Of a stretch of DNA of 64,000 nt, positions 52,276 to 63,097 are shown piece by piece (the stretch's first letter is position 1; each line of letters starts with the position of its first letter). A program made the position numbers and the translations under genes. The DNA is from Pristiophorus japonicus (lineage: Eukaryota). The stretch covers positions 186,001 to 250,000 of the forward strand of contig NW_027254447.1 in assembly GCF_044704955.1 (NCBI RefSeq), written 5' to 3'. The notes under the pieces are model-generated. The model ran no database searches and had not been told where the DNA came from. It saw nothing but the letters and a program-made list of their open reading frames with translations.

Positions 52276-52469
52276 ACAGACAGCCCAGGCGAGATACCAG
52301 CAATCACACCGAATGAAACAGACAGCCCAGGCGAGATACCAGCAATCGCACCTAACGAACACAGGCACCAAGGCAAACAACTGAACCACAACTAAGACGC
52401 TCCATGCGAGAGTGCAGACCACCTGAGAGACTGAATCTATAAAGGCAATAAGACCTTGGGGGAGGGTGA

Positions 52470-52738
52470 TGTCATGTATCTCACATTACTGTATATAACT
52501 GTATCTTACCATGCTATACATGACTGTAACTGGATATGACCTGTAACAATAAGCATACCTTATCACTAGGGGTGCACTTGCAGGAGACACTCCATACCTG
52601 TCCCACTGAGGTATATAAAGGGAGGTCTCAGGCAAGCGCAGCACTGGAGAGCTGTGAATTAAAGGTGCAGGTTATTGAGTGACCTTGACTTCAGCATATG
52701 TCTTGTGCAAGTCAGTACATTAGAGTCAGGACTTAACA
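52470..52738 (+). repeat. 3' LTR
   Basis: Direct repeat of the 5' LTR, about 10 differences by eye. Confidence 0.95.
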
Positions 52739-54524
52739 GCCTGCCCAGCGGAGCTGGTCGAGTGTGGTCATTGCTTCGATGCTGGGGATGTTGGCCTGGT
52801 CGAGGACGCTAACACTGATGCGTCTGTCCTCCCAGGGGATTTGCAGGATCTTGTGGAGACATTGGTGGCATTTCTCCAGCGATTTCCATCAAGATCAACG
52901 GTCCGGCACTGGACAATGTGGACCACTTTCCATACCTTGGGAGCCTATTATCAGCAAGGGCAGACATTGACAACAAGATTCAACACCGCCTGCAGTGCGC
53001 CAGTGCAGCCTTCAGCCACCTGAGGGAAAGAGTGTTCAAAGATCAGGCCCTCAAATCTGCCACCAAGCTCATGGTCTACAGGACTGTAGTGATACCCGCC
53101 CTCCTGTGTGGCTCAGAGACGTGGACCATATACAGTAGACACACATTATCACTCACACAATGTTCACATCTGCACATTCACAACACAAACTGTCCCAGAT
53201 TTACAGCTCCCAGCACAGGGTTTCCTCTCCGCTCAGCTTGTGCTGCCGATTCTCGGGGTTAGTTGTAGTTTCCCAGCTCAGTAAATGTTAAACACTCTGA
53301 GGCTTGCATTCCTTACAGTGTTTGGTTCCTGCCCCTGAATCTGGGGAACACTCACCACAGAGGCTGGCTAAACTCATATCTGCTTTAAGTTGTTATAGTG
53401 TTCGCATGCAGAAATATGTTTGATTTTTCTGAAAATATATATTATGTGCTCACTGCCCCACCAGCCTCTCTTTGTCTCTCTCTCCTCCTAAACTGAGAGA
53501 CATTTAACAGTAACTGGTGCCCTATCCATCCCATCCTTATCACCCAGAGATTGCTATCTGAGAGAACGGCAAATATAGACACCCTAAATACGCGAACTGT
53601 GTCTCCATATTACGCTCAATACTTGTATCACGCATTCATGTACCGTATCAGCGAAAGATAGAGAGAGACAGGCACAGTATCAGTCTTACACTTTGTATTG
53701 GTATCCCCGTCTTACACTCAGTAACAGTGCCACACTGTCATGTATAGCACCAGGGAGAGAATAGAGACAGTATCAGGGTTGTACTTCCAATAGTGTTTCC
53801 ACATCACGCTAAATAACAATATCCCGCCTTTCCAAACAGTACAAGAGAAAGGGGGATAGCAACACAGAGAGAGATGGGGAGAGGGGGGAGTGGGGAGAGC
53901 GGGGAGTGGGGCAGAGGACTGAGTGAGAGACAGGGGAGCGCGAGGCAGGGCGGTGAGACACAGAAACATGCACAGTATCAGTTCCAGACTGACCTGTGAG
54001 GTCCGGTTTTATCCTGAAAGATCCCATTGGAGAGACAGAAGATGCAGTCCCCTCTCTCACTGATATTGTACCACAGACAGACACATTATTAATCCCACAC
54101 TGCGGGACAGTGTCAGAGAGTGAGAGAAACAAGGTCCCACATTTAACCCTCGCTCGCCTGTTGTACTCTCTGTAATCTTGCAGCTCAGGGCCGTTCGGTA
54201 TTACTCTCAGTGACCGAGTGTTTCACTCTGATTAAATTAAACTGGGACTGTTTCTGTCAGATATTAACTCCTGCACAGTCCCAGCAAACACTCCTACTCT
54301 GCCGTCCCTCCGATGTTTCTGCAGGATTGCTTTGTGAGGACGGGCTCACGAAGAGAAAAAAACCCTGCAAGGAATGATCCCAAATTGAGCATCTCAAAGG
54401 GGCAAGGCCCCCAGCTTTAAACATTCTCTGTCCTTGCCCCCCAGGCCCAGTTCCTTTGCTCAGACTCTGATAAAAGTAAATCGGGAAAAGTTCACGTTGA
54501 TTTTTAAAGGCTGAATTATTGCAG

Positions 54525-54695
54525 AGAGCTGCGCATGCGCGGTTAAGCCCCGCCCCCGTGTCGATTTCCAGTGAGCAGAAGAGCACATGCGCCCTCCCCT
54601 CCTCCAGCCCTGCCTGTGAGCGCCATTCACTCAGTGAGCGGAAGAAGATGGTTTAAACAGCCGGGAATGGAGACACCGCGGCCCCGGGGTAAGGC
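54525..54695 (+). promoter_or_regulatory. CpG-rich promoter and putative first exon of an unidentified gene
   Basis: NRF1 TGCGCATGCGC, GC box, GCGGAAG (ETS), AAGATGG and splice donor GGG/GTAAGG at ~54689. Confidence 0.5.
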
Positions 54696-56035
54696 AGCGA
54701 GCAGCAGCCTCCTTACAGCAGCACATCGCTTTGGGAGCGTGTCCGCAGATGGGCTCAGAGATCGGCACTGAGTCCGGGGGAAGTTCAAGGGGAGTCGGAG
54801 TCTGTGTGTAACAGGCGGAGTGGAGCAAGAACTGGTCTCAGTGCGTGGAGTGAATGGGGGAAGGGAGAGGCCATTCTTGGGCTGTGTGTGGACAGCGTGT
54901 GTCCCGGGTAAGGGAGACAGAATGGGAAGGATCTGCTGTTTACAGTCATTGCTGCTTTCTCCCTGTAAACCAGTAGTGAACGTTCCTGCTTTAGTTCCAG
55001 TCTCACCGTGTTTGTTGTCATTGGACAGTGAGCGGTGGAAGCAGAGCCGGACAGTGAGGATTTATACAAGGAGCATCTATTGCAGGCACCGGGTGAGAAA
55101 TGTGAAAGACACGTTTTAAACAGCGGCTCTTTGTTTCTGGTTGAACGGTTAGTGCCCTGGGAGAGGGGAGTAGCAATCTGAGCTGTGTAAAAGTCCGTGC
55201 CCCATCGGGTCGTCCCATTCCTGAAGCAGGGCAGGGGTTGGGTTGTATCTGGATGTCAGTAAATTGCTGTAAATCTGCCCAACACACTTGGTGTGCAGAA
55301 GCTGAGTACTGCAGTGGAGTCAGACACTGACATTGTTTGTATCGCTGGCTTTTCTTTGTGAATGTTCATAACGAATATTAATTGAACAATTACATTCATT
55401 ACTTTAGTATTTTCTCCTTCTCCTGTTCTTGAATGATCAGAGATACCATTTCTTCCTACAGGCAAGGAATTGAAGGTACAGGAACAAATGTGAAGTTTCT
55501 GCCACCTGAGACATAAGGAACAGTGCAACTGGCTCCTTGTACACACAGTAGGTACGGTATTACTCAGAGAGGACGAAACCAGGGAATTGGTGATGGGGTA
55601 CATGGAGATGGCAGAAACTCTGACCAAATATTTTGAATCAGTCTTTACGGGAGAGGAGACTAAAAATATCCCACCAGTGGATAGTCAAGGGGTTATGGGG
55701 GGTGGGGGCTATATCACAATCACTAATGAGGTGGTAAATGTCCTGGACCTGATGGCTTGCATCCTAGGGTCTTGAGAGAAGTAGTGGCAGGGATAGTGTA
55801 TTCATTGGTTGTAATTTACCAAAATTCCCTGGATTCTGGGGAGGTCCCAGCAGATTGGAAAACTGAAAATGTAACACCCTTTTTTGAAAAAGGAGGCAGA
55901 CAAAAAGCAGGAAACTATAGACCAGTTAGCCTAATATCTGTGGTTGGGAAAATGTTGGAGTCTATTATTAAAGCAGTACCAGGACATTTGGAAAAGCATA
56001 ATTCAGTCAGGCAGAGTCAGCATGGATTTATGAAG

Positions 56036-56428
56036 TCAGTCGAGGAGGCGGGAGCTCGGAGCAGCGTGAGTCCGGGGTCGGCGAGAGGCCTATAAAGGCC
56101 AGCGGGAGTCGGGCAGTTCGAGCAGTCAGTCGAGGAGGCGGGAGCTCGGAGCAGCACGAGTCCGGGGTCGGCGAGAGGCCTATAAAGGCCAGCGGGAGTC
56201 GGGCAGTTCGAGCAGTCAGTCGAGGAGGCGGGAGCTCGGAGCAGCGCGAGTCCGGGGTCGGCGAGAGGCCTATAAAGGCCAGCGGGAGTCGGGCAGTTCG
56301 AGCAGTCAGTCGAGGAGGCGGGAGCTCGGAGCAGCGCGAGTCCGGGGTCGGCGAGAGGCCTATAAAGGCCAGCGGGAGTCGAGGAGGCGGGAGCTCGGAG
56401 CAGCGCGAGTCCGGGGTCGGCGAGAGGC
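56036..56428 (+). repeat. 90-bp GC-rich tandem monomers in the CR1 5' UTR
   Basis: 3 full and 2 partial near-identical units; GGCCTATAAAGGCC occurs 4 times. Confidence 0.95.
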
Positions 56429-56595
56429 GTACCGGTGCAGCTACAGGGAGAAGGCAAAAAAACAAAGGTGACGTCACAGACTAGGGGGTAAGTGATTGGC
56501 TGGTGATTGGTGAGTAGTTTTTCTTTTTCTTCTTATATTGGTCAGTAACTTTTAACATTGTTATTACCAGTTTAAGTGTATCTAAGGGTTAAGAC

Positions 56596-57543
56596 ATGGC
56601 AGGAGAGCTCGGTCGGGTGTTATGCTCCTCCTGTACCATGTGGGAACTCAGGGACACTTCCGGTGTCCCTGACGACTACGTGTGCGGGAAGTGTATCCGC
56701 CTCCAGCTCCTGACGGTCCGCGTTATGGAATTGGAGCTGAGGGTGGATTTACTCTGGAGCATCCACGATGCTGAGAATGACGTGAGTATCACGTGTAGTG
56801 AGTTGGTCTTACCGCAGGGAAAGGGTCCACAGCCAGATAGGGAATGGAAGACCAGCAGGAAGAGTAGAGCAAGGAAGGTAGTGCAGGGGTCCCCTGCGGT
56901 CATCCCCCTGCAAAACAGATACACTGCTTTGGGTACTGTTGAGGGGGATGACTCATCAGGGGAGGGCAGCAGCAGCCAAGTTCATGGCACCGTGGCTGGC
57001 TCTGCTGCACAGGAGGGCAAGAAAAAGAGTGGGAGAGCGATAGTGATAGGGGATTCAATTGTGAGGGGAATAGATAGGCGTTTCTGCGGCCGCAACCGAG
57101 ACTCCAGGATGGTATGTTGCCTCCCTGGTGCAAGGGTCAAGGATGTCTCGGAGCGGGTGCAGGACATTCTGAAATGGGAGGGAGAACAGCCAGTTGTCGT
57201 GGTGCACATTGGTACCAACGACATAGGCAAAAAAAGGGATGAGGTCCTACGAAACGAATTTAAGGAGCTAGGAGCTAAATTAAAAAGTAGGACCTCAAAA
57301 GTAGTAATCTCGGGATTGCTACCAGTGCCACGTGATAGTCAGAGTAGGAATCGCAGGATAGCGCAGATGAATACGTGGCTTGAGCAGTGGTGCAGCAGGG
57401 AGGGATTCAAATTCCTGGGGCATTGGGACCGGTTCTGGGGGAGGTGGGACCAGTACAAACCGGACGGTCTGCACCTGGGCAGGACTGGAACCAATGTCCT
57501 AGGGGGAGTGTTTGCTAGTGCTGTTGGGGAGGATTTAAACTAA
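56596..57543 (+). CDS. CR1 ORF1p: zinc finger/leucine zipper + SGNH esterase
   Basis: CSSC..CGKC, heptad leucines, IGDS, GTND and DGLH. Confidence 0.93.
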   Translation: MAGELGRVLCSSCTMWELRDTSGVPDDYVCGKCIRLQLLTVRVMELELRVDLLWSIHDAENDVSITCSELVLPQGKGPQPDREWKTSRKSRARKVVQGSPAVIPLQNRYTALGTVEGDDSSGEGSSSQVHGTVAGSAAQEGKKKSGRAIVIGDSIVRGIDRRFCGRNRDSRMVCCLPGARVKDVSERVQDILKWEGEQPVVVVHIGTNDIGKKRDEVLRNEFKELGAKLKSRTSKVVISGLLPVPRDSQSRNRRIAQMNTWLEQWCSREGFKFLGHWDRFWGRWDQYKPDGLHLGRTGTNVLGGVFASAVGEDLN

Positions 57544-57620
57544 TATGGCAGGGGGATGGGAACCAATGCAGGGAGACAGAGGGAAACAAAAAGGAGCCAA
57601 AAGCAAAAGACAGAAAGGAG

Positions 57621-60527
57621 ATGAGGAAAAGTGGAGGGCAGAGAAACCCAAGGCAAAGAACAAAAAGGGCCACTGTACAGCAAAATTCTAAAAGGACAAA
57701 GGGTGTTAATAAAACAAGCCTGAATGCTTTGTGTCTTAATGCAAGGAGTATCCGCAATAAGGTGGATGAATTAATTGTGCAAATAGATGTTAACAAATAT
57801 GATGTGATTGGGATTACGGAGACGTGGCTCCAGGATGATCAGGGCTGGGAACTCAACATTCAGGGGTATTCAACATTCAGGAAGGATAGAATAAAAGGAA
57901 AAGGAGGTGGGGTAGCATTGCTGGTTAAAGAGGAGATTAATGCAATAGTTAGGAAAGACATTAGCTTGGATGATGTGGAATCTATATGGGTAGAGCTGCA
58001 GAACACCAAAGGGCAAAAAACGTTAGTAGGAGTTGTGTACAGACCTCCAAACAGTAATAGGGATGTTGGGGAGGGCATCAAACAGGAAATTAGGGGTGCA
58101 TGCAATAAAGGTGCAGCAGTTATAATGGGTGACTTTAATATGCACATAGATTGGGCTAGCCAAACTGGAAGCAATACGGTGGAGGAGGATTTCCTGGAGT
58201 GCATAAGGGATGGTTTTCTAGACCAATATGTTGAGGAACCAACTAGGGGGGAGGCCATCTTAGACTGGGTGTTGTGTAATGAGAGAGGATTAATTAGCAA
58301 TCTCATTGTGCGAGGCCCCTTGGGGAAGAGTGACCATAATATGGTGGAATTCTGCATTAGGATGGAGAATGAAACAGTAATTTCAGAGACCATGGTCCAG
58401 AACTTAAAGAAGGGTAACTTTGAAGGTATGAGGCGTGAATTGGCTAGGATAGATTGGCGAATGATACTTAGGGGGTTGACTGTGGATGGGCAATGGCAGA
58501 CATTTAGAGACCGCATGGATGAAGTACAACAATTGTACATTCCTGTCTGGCGTAAAAATAAAAAGGGGAAGGTGGCTCAACCGTGGCTATCTAGGGAAAT
58601 CAGGGATAGTATTAAAGCCAAGGAAGTGGCATACAAATTGGCCAGAAATAGCAGCGAACCTGGGGACTGGGAGAAATTTAGAACTCAGCAGAGGAGGACA
58701 AAGGGTTTGATTAGGGCAGGGAAAATGGAGTACGAGAAGAAGCTTGCAGGGAACATTAAGGCGGATTGCAAAAGTTTCTACAGGTATGTAAAGAGAAAAA
58801 GGTTGGTGAAGACAAACGTAGGTCCCCTGCAGTCAGAATCAGGGGAAGTCATAACTGGGAGCAAAGAAATGGCGGATCAATTGAACAAGTACTTTGGTTC
58901 GGTATTCACTAAGGAGGATACAAACAACCTTCCGGATATAAAAGGGGTCAGAGGGTCTAGTAAGGAAGAGGAACTGAGGGAAATCTTTATTAGTCGGGAA
59001 ATTGTGTTGGGGAAATTGATGGGATTGAAGGCCGATAAATCCCCAGGGCCTGATGGACTGCATCCTAGAGTACTTAAGGAGGTGGCCTTGGAAATAGCGG
59101 ATGCATTGACAGTCATTTTCCAACATTCCATTGACTCTGGATCAGTTCCTATGGAGTGGAGGGTAGCCAATGTAACCCCACTTTTTAAAAAAGGAGGGAG
59201 AGAGAAAACAGGGAATTATAGACCGGTCAGCCTGACCTCAGTAGTGGGTAAAATGATGGAATCAATTATTAAGGATGTCATAGCAGTGCATCTGGAAAAT
59301 GGTGACATGATAGGTCCAAGTCAGCATGGATTTGTGAAAGGGAAATCATGCTTGACAAATCTTCTGGAATTTTTTGAGGATGTTTCCAGTAAAGTGGACA
59401 AGGGAGAACCAGTTGATGTGGTATATTTGGACTTTCAGAAGGCTTTCATCAAGGTCACACACAAGAGATTAATGTGCAAAGTTAAAGCACATGGGATTGG
59501 GGGTAGTGTGCTGACGTGGATTGAGAACTGGTTGTCAGACAGGAAGCAAAGAGTAGGAGTAAACGGGTACTTTTCAGAATGGCAGGCAGTGACTAGTGGA
59601 GTGCCGCAAGGTTCTGTGCTGGGGCCCCAGCTGTTTACATTGTACATTAATGATTTAGACGAGGGGATTAAATGCAGTATCTCCAAATTTGCGGATGATA
59701 CTAAGTTGGGTGGCAGTGTGAGCTGCGAGGAGGATGCTATTAGGCTGCAGAGTGACTTGGATAGGTTAGGTGAGTGGGCAAATGCATGGCAGATGAAGTA
59801 TAATGTGGATAAATGTGAGGTTATCCACTTTGGTGGTAAAAACAGAGAGACAGACTATTATCTGAATGGTGACAGATTAGGAAAAGGGAAGGTGCAACGA
59901 GACCTGGGTGTCATGGTACATCAGTCATTGAAGGTTGGCATGCAGGTACAGCAGGCGGTTAAGAAAGCAAATGGCATGTTGGCCTTCATAGCGAGGGGAT
60001 TTGAATACAGGGGCAGGGAGGTGTTGCTACAGTTGTACAGGGCCTTGGTGAGGCCACACCTGGAGTATTGTGTACAGTTTTGGTCTCCTAACTTGAGGAA
60101 GGACATTCTTGCTATTGAGGGAGTGCAGCGAAGGTTCACCAGACTGATTCCCGGGATGGCGGGACTGACCTATCAAGAAAGATTGGATCAATTGGGATTG
60201 TATTCACTGGAGTTCAGAAGAATGAGAGGGGACCTCATAGAAACGTTTAAAATTCTGACGGGTTTAGACAGGTTAGATGCAGAAAGAATGTTCCCAATGT
60301 TGGGGAAGTCCAGAACCAGGGGTCACAGTCTGAGGATAAGGGGTAAGCCATTTAGGACCGAGATGAGGAGAAACTTCTTCACCCAGAGAGTGGTGAACCT
60401 GTGGAATTCTCTACCACAGAAAGTAGTTGAGGCCAATTCACTAAATATATTCAAAAGGGAGTTAGATGAAGTCCTTACTACTCGGGGGATCAAGGGTTAT
60501 GGCGAGAAAGCAGGAAGGGGGTACTGA
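57621..60527 (+). CDS. CR1 ORF2p: APE endonuclease + reverse transcriptase
   Basis: 968-aa open frame with NARS, ITETW, GDFN, SDH, PQGSVLGP and FADD. Confidence 0.97.
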   Translation: MRKSGGQRNPRQRTKRATVQQNSKRTKGVNKTSLNALCLNARSIRNKVDELIVQIDVNKYDVIGITETWLQDDQGWELNIQGYSTFRKDRIKGKGGGVALLVKEEINAIVRKDISLDDVESIWVELQNTKGQKTLVGVVYRPPNSNRDVGEGIKQEIRGACNKGAAVIMGDFNMHIDWASQTGSNTVEEDFLECIRDGFLDQYVEEPTRGEAILDWVLCNERGLISNLIVRGPLGKSDHNMVEFCIRMENETVISETMVQNLKKGNFEGMRRELARIDWRMILRGLTVDGQWQTFRDRMDEVQQLYIPVWRKNKKGKVAQPWLSREIRDSIKAKEVAYKLARNSSEPGDWEKFRTQQRRTKGLIRAGKMEYEKKLAGNIKADCKSFYRYVKRKRLVKTNVGPLQSESGEVITGSKEMADQLNKYFGSVFTKEDTNNLPDIKGVRGSSKEEELREIFISREIVLGKLMGLKADKSPGPDGLHPRVLKEVALEIADALTVIFQHSIDSGSVPMEWRVANVTPLFKKGGREKTGNYRPVSLTSVVGKMMESIIKDVIAVHLENGDMIGPSQHGFVKGKSCLTNLLEFFEDVSSKVDKGEPVDVVYLDFQKAFIKVTHKRLMCKVKAHGIGGSVLTWIENWLSDRKQRVGVNGYFSEWQAVTSGVPQGSVLGPQLFTLYINDLDEGIKCSISKFADDTKLGGSVSCEEDAIRLQSDLDRLGEWANAWQMKYNVDKCEVIHFGGKNRETDYYLNGDRLGKGKVQRDLGVMVHQSLKVGMQVQQAVKKANGMLAFIARGFEYRGREVLLQLYRALVRPHLEYCVQFWSPNLRKDILAIEGVQRRFTRLIPGMAGLTYQERLDQLGLYSLEFRRMRGDLIETFKILTGLDRLDAERMFPMLGKSRTRGHSLRIRGKPFRTEMRRNFFTQRVVNLWNSLPQKVVEANSLNIFKRELDEVLTTRGIKGYGEKAGRGY

Positions 60528-62169
60528 AGTTTCATGTTCAGCCATGAACTCATTGAATGGCGGTGCAGGCTAGAAGGGCTGAATGGCCTGCTCCTGCACC
60601 TATTTTCTATGTTCTATGAAGGGGAAGTCATGTTTGAAAAATTTGTTGAAGTTCTTTGAGGATGCAACGAACAGGGTGGATAAAGGGAAACCAGTGGATG
60701 TGGTGTATTTGGACTTCCAGAAGGCACTTGACAAGATGCCACATAAAAGGTTACTGCACAAGATAAAAGTTCATGGGATTGAGGGAAATATATTAGCATG
60801 GATAGAGGACTGGCTAACTAACAGAAAAGTGAGAGTCGGGGTAAGTGGTCATTCTCTGGTTGGCAACCCGTAACTAGTGGGGTGCCGCAGGGATCAGTGC
60901 TGGGACCCCAACTTTTTACAATCTATATTAACGACTTGGAAGAAGGGACTGGATGTAACATAGCCAAGTTTGATGATGATACAAAGATGGGAGGAAAAGC
61001 AATGCATGAGGAGGACATAGACAGGCTATGTGAGTGGGCAAAAATTTGGCAGATGGAGTATAATGTTGGAAAATGTGAAGTTATGCACTTTAGCAAAAAA
61101 AAATCAAACAGCAAGTTATTATTTAAATGGGGAACAATTGCAAAGTGCTGCAGTACAGCAGGATCTGGTGCATGAAACACAAGGTTAGTATGCAGGTACA
61201 GCAAGTGATCAGGAAGGCCAATGGGATCTTGGCCTTTATTGAAAAGGGGATGGAGTATAAATGCAGGGAAGTTTTGCTACAGTTATACAGGGTAGTGGTG
61301 AGGCCATACCTGGAATACTGTGTACAATTTTGGTTTCCATATCTAAGAAAGAATATACTTGCTTTGGAGGCAGTTCAGAGAAGGTTCACTAGGTTGATTC
61401 CGGAGATGAGGGCGTTGACTTATGAGGATAGTTCAGTAGGTTTGCCTCTACTCATTGGAATTTAGGTGATCTTATCAAAACATATAAGATTATGAGGGGG
61501 CAGAGAAGATGGTTCCACTGATAGGGGAGACTAGAACTAGGGGGCATAATCTTAGAATAAGGGGCCACCCATTTAAAACTGAGATGAGGAGAAATTTCTT
61601 CTCTGAGGGTTATAAATCTATGGAATTTGCTGCCTCAGAGAGCTGTGGAAGCTGGGTCATTGAATACATTTAAGACAGAGATGGACAGTTACTTAACCGA
61701 TAAGGAAATAAGGGGTTATAGGGCACGGGCAGGGAAGTGGACCTGAGTCCATGATCGGATCAGCCATGATCGTATTAAATGGTGGAGCAGGCTCGAGGGG
61801 CCGTATGGCCTACTCCTGCTCCTATTTCTTATGTTCTTAATATCAATTCCACACTCATAGACAGCAGAAGTAGTCAGTCCCGCAATGATCCAAATTTCCA
61901 GATATACATTTTCAATCTAGCCATCAAACAGAGCAGGAGAGACAGAAGTTGTTAACATTTCACCATAACTCAGTACTGTTCACAGGTAGATACATCAATC
62001 CCAGTCAAAATACACACCCATTATCAGCCTGAAAGGCACAATGTTAATCTCACAATAGTGCAGCCATAGTGACAAATTAACTATCAGAGAGAATAGACAA
62101 ATAGTATCTGAAAGGTATAGAATAAATCCACATCATAAGGTTCAGACTGAAAGATATAGAATGTATCCC

Positions 62170-63025
62170 GCAATCACTAACAGTACCAGAGACTGAGAGA
62201 TACAGAGTGAATCCCACACTCACTGTACCAGAGACTGAGAGATACAGAGTGAATCCCACACTCACTGTACCAGAGACTGATAGATACAGAGTGAATCCCA
62301 CACTCACTGTACCAGAGACTGATAGATACAGAGTGAATCCCACACTCACTGTACCAGAGACTGATAGATACAGAGTGAATCCCACACTCACTGTACCAGA
62401 GACTGATAGATACAGAGTGAATCCCACACTCACTGTACCAGAGACTGATAGATATAGAGTGAATCCCACACTCACTGTACCAGAGACTGATAGATACAGA
62501 GTGAATCCCACACTCACTGTACCAGAGACTGAGAGATACAGAGTGAATCCCACACTCACTGTACCAGAGACTGAGAGATACAGAGTGAATCCCAGACTCA
62601 CTCACTGTACCAGAGACTGAGAGATAGAGAGTGAATCCCAGACTCACTCACTGTACCAGAGACTGAGAAATACAGAATGAATCCCGCACTCACCGTACCA
62701 GAGACTGAGAGATACAGAATGAATCCCAGACTCACTCCCTGTACCAGAGAATGAGAGATACAGAATGAATTCCATACTCACTGTATCAGAGACTGAGAGC
62801 TACAGAATCAATACCACCGCCATAAACTGTACCAGAGACTGAGAGATACAGAGTGAATCCCACACTCACTCACTGTACCAGAGACTGAGAAATACAGAAT
62901 GAATCCCACACTCACTGTACCAGATACTGAGAGATACAGAGTGACTCCCACACTCACTCACCATACCAGAGACTGAGAGATACAGAATGAATCCCAGACT
63001 CTCAAACTATACCAGAAGCTGACAG
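62170..63025. repeat. Minisatellite array, 42-bp unit, homogeneous core
   Basis: (CTGTACCAGAGACTGAKAGATACAGAGTGAATCCCACACTCA)n. Confidence 0.96.
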
Positions 63026-63097
63026 ACATTGAACGAAGTCAACACTTGCATTAAGTGGCAAATACCGATTAAAGCACGATTAATCCCACACTCAACT

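Larger units (their letters stand above)
47968..52738 (+). mobile_element. Ty3/Gypsy LTR retrotransposon (probably Mag-like), complete but decayed
   Basis: TG..CA LTRs; PBS TGGCGACGAG (tRNA-Ser-like); PPT at 52458-52469; TSD GCCTC/GCCTG; gag-PR-RT-RH-IN domain order. Confidence 0.96.
47580..53140 (-). mobile_element. RTE/BovB-like LINE fragment split by the Gypsy element, with an inverted 5' piece (52887-53140, +)
   Basis: RTE at 47580-47967 and 52739-52886 is colinear; HFPYLGS..GSETW lies on the plus strand. Confidence 0.88.
56036..60614 (+). mobile_element. Full-length young CR1 LINE
   Basis: 5' UTR, two open ORFs and 3' tail; TSD TATGAAG at 56029-56035 and 60615-60621. Confidence 0.97.
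55565..61838 (+). mobile_element. Older CR1 host copy (55565-56035 + 60615-61838)
   Basis: QHGFMK|GKSCL is colinear across the young insertion; 3' tail at ~61830. Confidence 0.88.

Noticed and set aside
56017-56477. Repetitive minus-strand ORFs
   Set aside because: Antisense translations of the 90-bp CR1 monomers
62077-62647. Repeat-protein ORFs
   Set aside because: By-product of a stop-free 42-bp unit; no gene context
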